DNA of 53,703 nucleotides from a bacterium. Its GTDB lineage: Bacteria; UBP6; UBA1177; JAGLDR01. The translations under genes and the position numbers were made by a program. Below, one piece after another: positions 1 to 7,536 of this stretch (the stretch's first letter is position 1; each line of letters begins with the position of its first letter). The stretch is taken from positions 1-53,703 of the forward strand of contig JAGLDR010000092.1 of NCBI GenBank assembly GCA_023145475.1, given 5' to 3'. A model generated the notes under the pieces. That model was not told the origin of the DNA. It did not search any database and saw nothing but the letters and a program-made list of their open reading frames with translations.

Positions 1-417
1 CTCTGTTGCCTTATATTCAACATTAACGGCAAATGAATATATCCCAAGCTCTCTGACTAAATCAATGACATCAACAATATTTCCATACGCTACCTTTCTA
101 TCGGCAGCAATAATGACTTGCAATTTTGGATTATTTTCTTTTCTCTGTTCTATTTTGGTTCGTAAAATTGCCATATTTTCTAATTTAGTACCATCTAAAA
201 AGATGCCGCCCTCTTTTGAAAGGGTAACGGCAATACTTTTTTTCTCATCTTTTGCGCCAGTTGACGCTTTTGGAAGATCAACCTTAATTACTTGTTGCGC
301 AACAAAACTACTGACAAGCATAAAGATAATAAGTAAGACCAGCATAATATCGACAAGCGGTGTTACATTGATTTCACCGTGATAGCGGCCCTCTGTCTCT
401 TTTGTAAATCGTCCCAT
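1..417 (-). CDS. ExbD/TolR-family biopolymer transport protein; the C-terminal end runs off the window
   Basis: The reverse frame is open from the ATG at 415-417 to position 1 (139 codons, no stop), which is why it is absent from the ORF track. My translation is MGRFTKETEGRYHGEINVTPLVDIMLVLLIIFMLVSSF...IIAADRKVAYGNIVDVIDLVRELG. It has one TM helix with the INVTPLVDIMLVLLIIF signature and an ExbD-like periplasmic domain. Confidence 0.8.
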   Translation of the reverse strand, partial: MGRFTKETEGRYHGEINVTPLVDIMLVLLIIFMLVSSFVAQQVIKVDLPKASTGAKDEKKSIAVTLSKEGGIFLDGTKLENMAILRTKIEQRKENNPKLQVIIAADRKVAYGNIVDVIDLVRELGIYSFAVNVEYKATE

Positions 418-423
418 ATTTCC

Positions 424-1368
424 CTAGTTTATTTTGAGTGTGATGAAGAAAAAATCGGCACCAAATCGGTAGTCGTCTCTCTCTCCGTTTAGTGTTTTAT
501 CTTGCACGGTTAAATAGATATCATATTCTGCCTTTTCTCCACTTTTTAGTTCATCTTTGATATCAGTAAGTGAAAGGAGAAGATGTGGCTCTCTGTAGCC
601 AAGTGCATCTGCGCCACCGGGAAAGACTTTTGATCCTTCCTCCGCGTCATAGCTGACAATGGGTACTGCTTGAATGGTTTCTTCTCTATCTGGGGTGAAA
701 AACCATCGCCAGACAAGACGAAGTCCCTCTTTTTCATATTCACTCTCCATAATTTTTGTTGTCGAGTGAAATCCGATGTAATCGGGCAGGGTTTTAGAGG
801 TGAATGCAATCACTTCGCCCGATTCTGTAACCATTTTTGATTGATATCCATCTGTATAATAGGAGTAGATAACTAAATCTATTTCGGGATTTTGGTAAAA
901 CTTTCGATTTGTTACTGGTTTTTTTCGTAATCTAAATCGTTTTTGAATGGCAATACTTCGTGCATCTGCGCCACCGTTCATCTCTTCTGTCAATTTTGTG
1001 ATGGCAAAGAGTGGAACATCGGTATAGCCAACAGTTTCAAGGTTGTTAAGTAGTGTGTCAACATTGATGCCGCTCCCTTCTGGAATACTATCAAGCAAAT
1101 CTTCTGTTACGGTGCCTGCGAGTGGTTGATTGTAGGGGAGAGGAGGTGCGTCAGGAGAGAACCAATAGACTTCTGGTCCACTTTGTTGGTTAATTTTACG
1201 CCCACCCATATAAAATTGTGCTGAAAATGACTCTTCAAGAGCGATATCCGGTGGGGTAATCACCATCATAAGTGGTCGCGCGCCGTCAACAATATAGGAT
1301 GGTGGCATAGAATCACTACAGCCAACGACTAAAAGTAGTGTGAGTATAATCAAAAGAGTTCTTTTCAT
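424..1368 (-). CDS. Lipoprotein of unknown function
   Basis: ORF track entry, with the start trimmed to the ATG at 1366-1368 (MKRTLLIILTLLLVVGCSD; lipobox LVVGC). That ATG shares one base with the upstream TAA stop, and the gene's own stop lies 7 nt before the ExbD ATG. I recognise no catalytic motif. Confidence 0.75.
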   Translation of the reverse strand: MKRTLLIILTLLLVVGCSDSMPPSYIVDGARPLMMVITPPDIALEESFSAQFYMGGRKINQQSGPEVYWFSPDAPPLPYNQPLAGTVTEDLLDSIPEGSGINVDTLLNNLETVGYTDVPLFAITKLTEEMNGGADARSIAIQKRFRLRKKPVTNRKFYQNPEIDLVIYSYYTDGYQSKMVTESGEVIAFTSKTLPDYIGFHSTTKIMESEYEKEGLRLVWRWFFTPDREETIQAVPIVSYDAEEGSKVFPGGADALGYREPHLLLSLTDIKDELKSGEKAEYDIYLTVQDKTLNGERDDYRFGADFFFITLKIN

Positions 1369-3671
1369 TACCAATCTCCTTTAATGCCGATGAAAACCAT
1401 AAGTGGAAGAGAGTAGGTGTACACTTTTTTTGAATAGTCTGCAGAGTATCCAACGGCAATAGGGTTTTTATGATAGTAGACATTTTGAATGTCGATATAG
1501 GTACTTAAAACCCACTTATTAAAAAGCCAGAATTTATCAAGTCTAATGTCTAGTTGATGGTAGAAGGGGAGTTCGGAATTGTTGATAGGGGAGTTTGGAA
1601 GAGGTGTTGAAAAGCCATTATCTGCGTCATAAATATAGTCACTATTTGTCAAATCAGTAAAGGGATCTCGTCCAATCAGACGAAAACGCGCGCCAAGTTG
1701 CCAATATGCGTTAAACTTATAACTGGCAACAACGGTGAGATTGTGATTGATATCGCTGTCAAATGGTCTCCACTCTGGATCTGCACCATTTATACCAAGT
1801 GCATCAAGTCTGCGACTAATACCAAAACTGTATGAAATCCAGCCAAAAAAGTGGTCAGACTCTTTATGGCGAAGCAGTACCTCAAAACCGTATGCGTATC
1901 CTTTTCCTGAGTTGTTATAGCTTGAGGCGTTATCCGAATCATTTCTGACAATCATATTATAAAAGTTTTTATACCACCCTTGAATATCAATTTCAATCTG
2001 TTCAATTGGGTGATATTCCACGCCTCCAATGATATGCAATGCATGCTCTGGTTCAAGTCCGACTGTTCCCCATGGCTCATACGATTCATCGTTTGCTGCC
2101 ACTTTTGAATAGATGCCTCCAGCTGATTTTAATGCCCATTTTTTATTAAAATCATAGCGAAGTGTTATGCGAGGATCGAGCGAAATCTTCTTGTTATGTG
2201 GATCAATCATAAAGCTCAATCCTGGCAAAACAGTGAAGCCGCCATAGGTCATTCTATCTTGAATAAACATTCCTGGGTACCAATAGAATCCTTTTGAATG
2301 GTCCACCATCTCACTGTCAAGGGGATTAAAGGTAACATCACCCTCTTTTGGAATGGCAAAGGCGCTGATGTTGAGTTTATATCCGCCCCACAGTGCCCTT
2401 ACACCTGCTTTTATCTCATGATGTTTCCCCAGTTTTTTCGAGAACTTATAACTTATCACACCTCTGAAGTCTGTTGAGTTGATATAGAGATCAGAGCCAA
2501 TGTTGTTTTTTGTTCCAACCACTTGAATAGAGGGGGAGAGTATTGATTTAAACCCTTTTTTACGATAACGCCACTCACCAATTACCTGCATAAATGCCGT
2601 TCTACTCAATGCACTTGAGCCAACTTGCTGATTGTAGGAGTTGTTATCAAAATTTGCCTTTACCTCATCCCATGAACCGATGGTAATAATCCGCAAATCA
2701 TTCCGCCGAGAAAATTCGTGGCGATAGATTGTTGTCATATCGTAATAGGTTGGATATGTGGTAAATGCAAATGCGTTTCCCATCGCTCCCGTTTCGTTGG
2801 CAATGGCAAGATAGAGATCGATCATTCCCCGTTTAAAGGAGATGGCGAGCGAGTCTTTTTTGCCGATTGGGCCTTCAACCATAAAGGATGTTGAGAGAAG
2901 GCTAAAGTTTCCGTATCCACCCCATCTATCATTTCGAGGGTTTCTCAAATCAACTTGAATAACACCGCCAAGTGCGTTAAAATATTGTGAGGGGTATCCT
3001 CCAGCAAAGAAGTCAATTCCGCTGACAAGTTCAGGTTCAATGACAGATTCTAATCCACCAAAGTGATAGAGCATTGGAATTGATTGATCACCAACCATTC
3101 TGATGCTGTCTTCTGGTGCGCTTCCTCGAATAATAAGCCCCGTTCCATATCCGTTAAATACGGAGATTGAGTTGACTCCTGGAAGGTTTGCAACGGCGGC
3201 AAAAACATCCCTGTTTGTTCCGGGGATTGCCATCGCCTCCTCAATAGTGAGGCGTTGAACAGAGACTGCTCCCTTCTTTCTTTTTGCCTGCACAACTATT
3301 CGGTATGGATTGTAGACGAGTGGGATGAGACGAAAGGTGAGTGTCAGTTTTTCACCTTTTTTGACGATGATTGCTGTTTCATAGGGAGTGTAGCCCATAA
3401 TTGGAAATGAAAATGTCCACTTTCCTGGTGGAAGAGAAAAGGCAAATGAGCCATCTTTTCCTGTTCTGACTTCACGCCCACTCTCTTTAATAAAAAAGAG
3501 CTGTTTTTGGAGAGGTTTTCGAGTCCCTTTTTCAAGCACGAATCCGCTGATTTTTATAGTATCGCTTTCCGCCTCTTTTTTTCGCTTCTCTTCAACGACA
3601 GCTCCCGAGCCAAAGAGGGTGGGCGCTATCAGCAAAAAAGATAAAAATAGAAAGACTCGTTTCAGTATCAT
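1368..3671 (-). CDS. TonB-dependent-receptor-like outer-membrane barrel with a carboxypeptidase-regulatory-like N-domain (Oar-like architecture)
   Basis: 767 aa with a signal peptide. The N-terminal region is a CarbopepD_reg-type beta-sandwich (ISGFVLEKGTRKPL...GKDGSFAFSLPPGKWTFSF). A plug-like segment follows (IEEAMAIPGTNRDVFAAVANLPGVNS), then a long beta-rich region ending in an aromatic residue (GIKGDW). Confidence 0.8.
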   Translation of the reverse strand: MILKRVFLFLSFLLIAPTLFGSGAVVEEKRKKEAESDTIKISGFVLEKGTRKPLQKQLFFIKESGREVRTGKDGSFAFSLPPGKWTFSFPIMGYTPYETAIIVKKGEKLTLTFRLIPLVYNPYRIVVQAKRKKGAVSVQRLTIEEAMAIPGTNRDVFAAVANLPGVNSISVFNGYGTGLIIRGSAPEDSIRMVGDQSIPMLYHFGGLESVIEPELVSGIDFFAGGYPSQYFNALGGVIQVDLRNPRNDRWGGYGNFSLLSTSFMVEGPIGKKDSLAISFKRGMIDLYLAIANETGAMGNAFAFTTYPTYYDMTTIYRHEFSRRNDLRIITIGSWDEVKANFDNNSYNQQVGSSALSRTAFMQVIGEWRYRKKGFKSILSPSIQVVGTKNNIGSDLYINSTDFRGVISYKFSKKLGKHHEIKAGVRALWGGYKLNISAFAIPKEGDVTFNPLDSEMVDHSKGFYWYPGMFIQDRMTYGGFTVLPGLSFMIDPHNKKISLDPRITLRYDFNKKWALKSAGGIYSKVAANDESYEPWGTVGLEPEHALHIIGGVEYHPIEQIEIDIQGWYKNFYNMIVRNDSDNASSYNNSGKGYAYGFEVLLRHKESDHFFGWISYSFGISRRLDALGINGADPEWRPFDSDINHNLTVVASYKFNAYWQLGARFRLIGRDPFTDLTNSDYIYDADNGFSTPLPNSPINNSELPFYHQLDIRLDKFWLFNKWVLSTYIDIQNVYYHKNPIAVGYSADYSKKVYTYSLPLMVFIGIKGDW

Positions 3672-3672
3672 A

Positions 3673-3690
3673 ACTCCTCCACGGAGGAGT
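3673..3690 (-). promoter_or_regulatory. Palindrome pairing the Shine-Dalgarno of the barrel gene with an upstream anti-SD
   Basis: The mRNA sense reads ACUCCUCC-GU-GGAGGAGU-UAUG. The GGAGGAG SD sits 2-4 nt before the ATG at 3671 and is fully complementary to the CUCCUCC immediately upstream. No U-tract follows, so this is not a typical terminator. Confidence 0.45.
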
Positions 3691-3748
3691 ATATAGAGGT
3701 TGCGTAAAAAGTCGAATTGTCAAAAGAAAAAAAGGAGGACGGGATGAT

Positions 3749-5260
3749 TTACACTAGTGTGAGCGCGCAGCCACCATCATTTTTCTGAGGTGTAGTCGCC
3801 TCTTCATCACTGTTTTCGGTGTCATCAACAGCTGGTGTGTTATCTGAGGCAGAGTTGCTATCGTCGTCTGTTATTTCGCTTTCATCGACAATTGGTGCGT
3901 CATCTGTAGTTGTGCTTTCATCGGCGAGAGCTACAGAATCTTCATCTGAAACCTCAAAATCTTCATCCGAAGAGACAGAATCGTTATCGACAACAGGATC
4001 GGTTTCAGGGATTTCATCATCTCCTGCAACAACAATAGGTGTTTCGAGTGGTTGATCACCATCACCTGGGTCAATGTCACACATATCATCACTTATCATA
4101 ATTTTGATTATTCGCGTGCGTCCATTTGCGGTAATTGCAAGGTTATACTCTCCAGCGTTGTACTCTGTAGCGTCAAAATATCCGAGCCAGAGAGCATCTT
4201 CATAATTGCTTTGAGTCATCTCAATCTCATCGCCACCATCAATATCAAAGGAGACATTCGCAACAAATTCTGAATCAAAAACAAGTGCGCGGACTGGAGC
4301 GTAGTCACATTGCGGAACGACTGGAGCGTATCTATTTGGCTCCATATCTCCGTTTGCTTTTGGGAAAGCTGAGGTTGCTGGTGCAGTTGGTACAATGAGT
4401 GGCCACGCATCATTTGCATCAACAGCGGTCATACTGATGACATTGTTGTCGATGGCAAAAACCGAAAAGTTGTTGGAGTCGCCGTGTCCAAGAGTATCCG
4501 TTCGCCACGCAGCAACATCACCTTGATAGCGATAGTTAAGGTCGTGAGCGTGTCCGTAAAGATAATATTGCACGCCAAACTCCTCAAAAAGTGGTGCAAC
4601 GAGGTCGCTGTATCCATTTGTTTGATAGAGTCCGTGGTGACCTTGAGCAAAGATGACAGCCGCATCACTATGTTTTGTAAAGATGCGTTGTAATTCATCC
4701 GCTTCTGCCTGGATAATAAACCCCTTTACATCACTGTCTTGTGCCCACGGTCTGCCAGTATTTGAGCTTGTCATAATGTTAGGGAAGAGATATTTTCCGT
4801 AACTAAAGTTGACGGTCCAGTAGACTGCCGGAGTTCCCGCGCCTTGTCCGACAACTGAGTTTGCTGTCCAGTTTTCAAGACCATTGTCTCCGTATGCATC
4901 ATGGTTCCCCGCAATGTCATAATAGAAGCCATACTCCATTCCCGCGTAATCAAGCATTTCGTGATAGGCCGCCCACTCTTCAATGCGTGGTCCATCGGTA
5001 CACCAGATATTTTCGCCAGGACTTCCGTCAGTAACATCACCGTTATTGACAATAAATGCCGGTTTGACAACATCAACGCCTTCGCCAACAGCAAACTCAA
5101 AGTTTCGGCGCCATGGACCAGCTGTTGAAATATGTGTATCAGTAATTTGTACAAACCAGAATATTTTATTGGATACACCGCTATATTCAGGTTCTTCAGT
5201 GTTTGCAAAAAGTGAAACATACATAGCGGTCACGATTGCAATTAAAAGTACTTTTCTCAT
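3749..5260 (-). CDS. Secreted calcineurin-like metallophosphoesterase with a long acidic C-terminal tail
   Basis: Signal peptide MRKVLLIAIVTAMYVSLFA. Metallophosphoesterase motifs are present in order: ITDTHIS, NNGDVTDG, GNHD, QGHHG and YGHAHD. The C-terminal ~90 aa are rich in D/E/S/T and end in KNDGGCALTLV. Confidence 0.85.
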   Translation of the reverse strand: MRKVLLIAIVTAMYVSLFANTEEPEYSGVSNKIFWFVQITDTHISTAGPWRRNFEFAVGEGVDVVKPAFIVNNGDVTDGSPGENIWCTDGPRIEEWAAYHEMLDYAGMEYGFYYDIAGNHDAYGDNGLENWTANSVVGQGAGTPAVYWTVNFSYGKYLFPNIMTSSNTGRPWAQDSDVKGFIIQAEADELQRIFTKHSDAAVIFAQGHHGLYQTNGYSDLVAPLFEEFGVQYYLYGHAHDLNYRYQGDVAAWRTDTLGHGDSNNFSVFAIDNNVISMTAVDANDAWPLIVPTAPATSAFPKANGDMEPNRYAPVVPQCDYAPVRALVFDSEFVANVSFDIDGGDEIEMTQSNYEDALWLGYFDATEYNAGEYNLAITANGRTRIIKIMISDDMCDIDPGDGDQPLETPIVVAGDDEIPETDPVVDNDSVSSDEDFEVSDEDSVALADESTTTDDAPIVDESEITDDDSNSASDNTPAVDDTENSDEEATTPQKNDGGCALTLV

Positions 5261-5314
5261 CTATATTTCCTCACATGATGCAGTATTTCTGTCGCTTTTC
5301 AGCAACCGTATATA

Positions 5315-5342
5315 AGTATATCAGTAAATAGCTCTGCGTCAA
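5315..5342 (-). promoter_or_regulatory. Sigma70-like promoter for the metallophosphoesterase gene
   Basis: On the minus strand: TTGACG (5342-5337), a 16-nt spacer, then TATACT (5320-5315), about 55 nt upstream of the ATG at 5260. Confidence 0.5.
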
Positions 5343-5404
5343 CTCTCTTTTTTAGTGTAGCTAAAGTTGTGTTAAAAAGGGAGTGTACAATAAAAAACGA
5401 AGTG

Positions 5405-6262
5405 TTAGTGAGCAGGACACGCCTTGATTTTATAATCTGTGATATCTCCACCATATGCAGGGATATTTTTAGGACTGAAAATTTCAACAATACCATTAAA
5501 GCTGTATCGTCCTTCGTCTCCTGGTATTCCGAGAGTCTCTGTTTGCGTGAGTGAGCCAACGCCGATAGCGTGGATGCACAACACTTGTCCTGTTTTAAAA
5601 TCTGCGTCCGCAACAAGAAGCGTTGCTTTATCTTCATCATTCATTCCAAGTGGAAGAGTTTCGAGACCAAAGAGTTTTTCAGGAATTGAGAGGGTAACGA
5701 TGGGGTTTTTCTGAATAATGCCACCAGTGCTAAAGTTGTATGGCGTCTGTTGTAAGAGATAAAAACTCCCACTTGAAGAGTTAATAAATCGCCACTCGGT
5801 TGAGATGCCTTGTGTTGCCGGTCGGATAGAGCCGTTGCCCATTGGGCCCGTTGCAATTGCGTCTTTAAGGAGCATTTCGTCGGTAATGTCGTGTTCGTTA
5901 GTGATAAGATAGATGAGGTCGCCTTTCAGCGTTGCCTTTCCATAAGGTGCAGCGTAGCCATTTTCATTGTCGTTATCAACATAGTTCCCGTCATCTATCG
6001 GGGTGCTGCTGTCGTCGACGCTATCAGCAGAGTCGGATGAATCATCAGTTTCATTGTCGTTGTCTGCACTGTCTACATTGTCGCTGTCTTCACCACTGTT
6101 TGCTGTGTTAGCACTATCTGCTGTGTCGGCAGAGTCGGCACTATCACTTGTATTAGCACTGTCGCCTGTGTCGCCGTAGATGTCGTCGTTGTTATCACCG
6201 CAGGCAGTAATTAAAAAGAGTAAAACAATGAGTAGTGAACTAAAGAGGGTTGATTTTTTCAT
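5405..6262 (-). CDS. Lipoprotein with a poly-acidic (DSAD-type) linker; unknown function
   Basis: ORF trimmed to MKKSTLFSSLLIVLLFLITACGD (lipobox LITAC), with AGGAG upstream. A ~90-aa D/S/A/N-rich low-complexity linker precedes a ~190-aa C-terminal domain with no recognised motif. Confidence 0.75.
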   Translation of the reverse strand: MKKSTLFSSLLIVLLFLITACGDNNDDIYGDTGDSANTSDSADSADTADSANTANSGEDSDNVDSADNDNETDDSSDSADSVDDSSTPIDDGNYVDNDNENGYAAPYGKATLKGDLIYLITNEHDITDEMLLKDAIATGPMGNGSIRPATQGISTEWRFINSSSGSFYLLQQTPYNFSTGGIIQKNPIVTLSIPEKLFGLETLPLGMNDEDKATLLVADADFKTGQVLCIHAIGVGSLTQTETLGIPGDEGRYSFNGIVEIFSPKNIPAYGGDITDYKIKACPAH

Positions 6263-6446
6263 TACAATAGAGTCTCCTGTCAAAACAGCGATAAAACAAC
6301 TAGATATATGGTATCATTAGATGTCAATGTTGTCAAATCTAAGTTGAAAAAATGAGATAAGTTACGCAGCTATTGAAGTTTGCGGTTGTTGTTGAAGCAG
6401 TTATTCTTTTTTAATACGAATTCTTTAAATATATTTACAATAAATA

Positions 6447-6474
6447 TTGACATTATAAAATCGTATGCTAAGTT
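6447..6474 (+). promoter_or_regulatory. Near-consensus sigma70-like promoter with an extended -10
   Basis: TTGACA (6447-6452), a 16-nt spacer ending in TGC, then TAAGTT (6469-6474). It predicts a ~250-nt leader before the ATG at 6733. Confidence 0.55.
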
Positions 6475-6536
6475 TTTTGTGTGCGTTAGTGTATACGAAA
6501 TGGAGAAAAACTTGAAGCAGGTTCGTAAATGATTAT

Positions 6537-6577
6537 TCATCACTCATCACTCATCACTCATCACTCATCACTCATCA
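6537..6577. repeat. Heptanucleotide tandem repeat: TCATCAC x5 plus a partial TCATCA
   Basis: Read directly from the sequence: tcatcac tcatcac tcatcac tcatcac tcatcac tcatca. It lies in the divergent spacer, downstream of the 6447 promoter. Confidence 0.95.
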
Positions 6578-6732
6578 TGCTATTTCCGTTCGTGTATTCG
6601 TATTCTTTTCATCAGAGGCTCTCCTTAAAAGCCAAATAGCTGTCTGTTTTGAGAGATGCTGACGCTGAAATGGGCGGTTTTGCTTAGGATGTTAGCGTGT
6701 TTTTTAATTTTAATGTATGAGGTTTTTATACA

Positions 6733-7473
6733 ATGAAAAAGATTATAGTTATGTTGATGGTTAGTTTGTTTACATTTATGATGTTTGCAGATGATTTAGA
6801 AAAAAAGTCCAATGATGTGTTACAATATTTGAATGATAATAAAATTGAATATGAAATGATGCTTGATCAAGCAGTCAAAGAATTGCCTGAAGATGCTCAA
6901 GTGTATTTTATTAAAGATGTTGAAGCGTTTTTGGGAAATAAACCTGAGGTTTTTTTGGGTCAAGCAGGTGTTTCAACTAAAAGTATGGTAACGATTGAGA
7001 GTCGTGCGTACTCACTTTTTTACGAACCACATTCTCGCCGAATTGGTGTAAGAGGTGATGCCTATATGCCGTCAGGAAGTGATGGGTATCAATATAAATG
7101 GGACCAGAGATATGATACTGTCACGGGTTACTGGTATAATATAACACGAGATCGTCACTGTCCTGGAGGATCAAGTTCTGCGTATGTAACATCTTGTGAA
7201 GAGTCTAATGAAAACAAGGTTTTCCATTATTGTGATGCAGATGAGACGATTGCTTGCACTACTTGTGATGATGGAGATGCTTATGCTATTCGATTTAATG
7301 TGAGGTCATATGCAATTACTTGGATTTTTAACGGTTGGTTTTGGGCTCCTGTAAAAATGTATGGTCTTTGGACTTCTACATTTACATCTGGAAATAAATA
7401 TAACTATAGTCCCACAGGGGATATGTGTTGGCAGTTTTTATCAACAGACTGCGATCAACTAATGGCATGGTAA
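6733..7473 (+). CDS. Secreted Cys/Trp/Tyr-rich protein of unknown function
   Basis: 246 aa with signal peptide MKKIIVMLMVSLFTFMMFA. The C-terminal half contains 9 Cys (HCPGG, SCEES, YCDADETIACTTCDDGD, MCWQFLSTDCD). GAGG lies 10 nt upstream of the ATG. Confidence 0.7.
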   Translation: MKKIIVMLMVSLFTFMMFADDLEKKSNDVLQYLNDNKIEYEMMLDQAVKELPEDAQVYFIKDVEAFLGNKPEVFLGQAGVSTKSMVTIESRAYSLFYEPHSRRIGVRGDAYMPSGSDGYQYKWDQRYDTVTGYWYNITRDRHCPGGSSSAYVTSCEESNENKVFHYCDADETIACTTCDDGDAYAIRFNVRSYAITWIFNGWFWAPVKMYGLWTSTFTSGNKYNYSPTGDMCWQFLSTDCDQLMAW

Positions 7474-7536
7474 TGTGAAAATGGGTTCCCACTTTATTGT
7501 GAAATAAGGTGGGTGCCTACCGATAGGAGGTATGAT

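Noticed and set aside
65-382. 105-aa plus-strand ORF at the left edge.
   Set aside because: It is antisense to a clear ExbD/TolR reading frame that runs off the window. It has no RBS and is a compositional shadow.
3749-3790. The KNDGG-CALTLV ending of the metallophosphoesterase as a GlyGly-CTERM or MYXO-CTERM sorting signal.
   Set aside because: Only 5-6 residues follow the GG/Cys. There is no TM helix or basic cluster, and reading past the TAA gives no TM-like sequence. It is kept only as a shared-motif remark in the findings.
6500-6639. Two mini-ORFs (10 and 36 codons) in the leader containing the heptamer repeat, considered as genes.
   Set aside because: They are too short and lack a convincing RBS. 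They are reported only as context for the repeat finding, not as CDS features.
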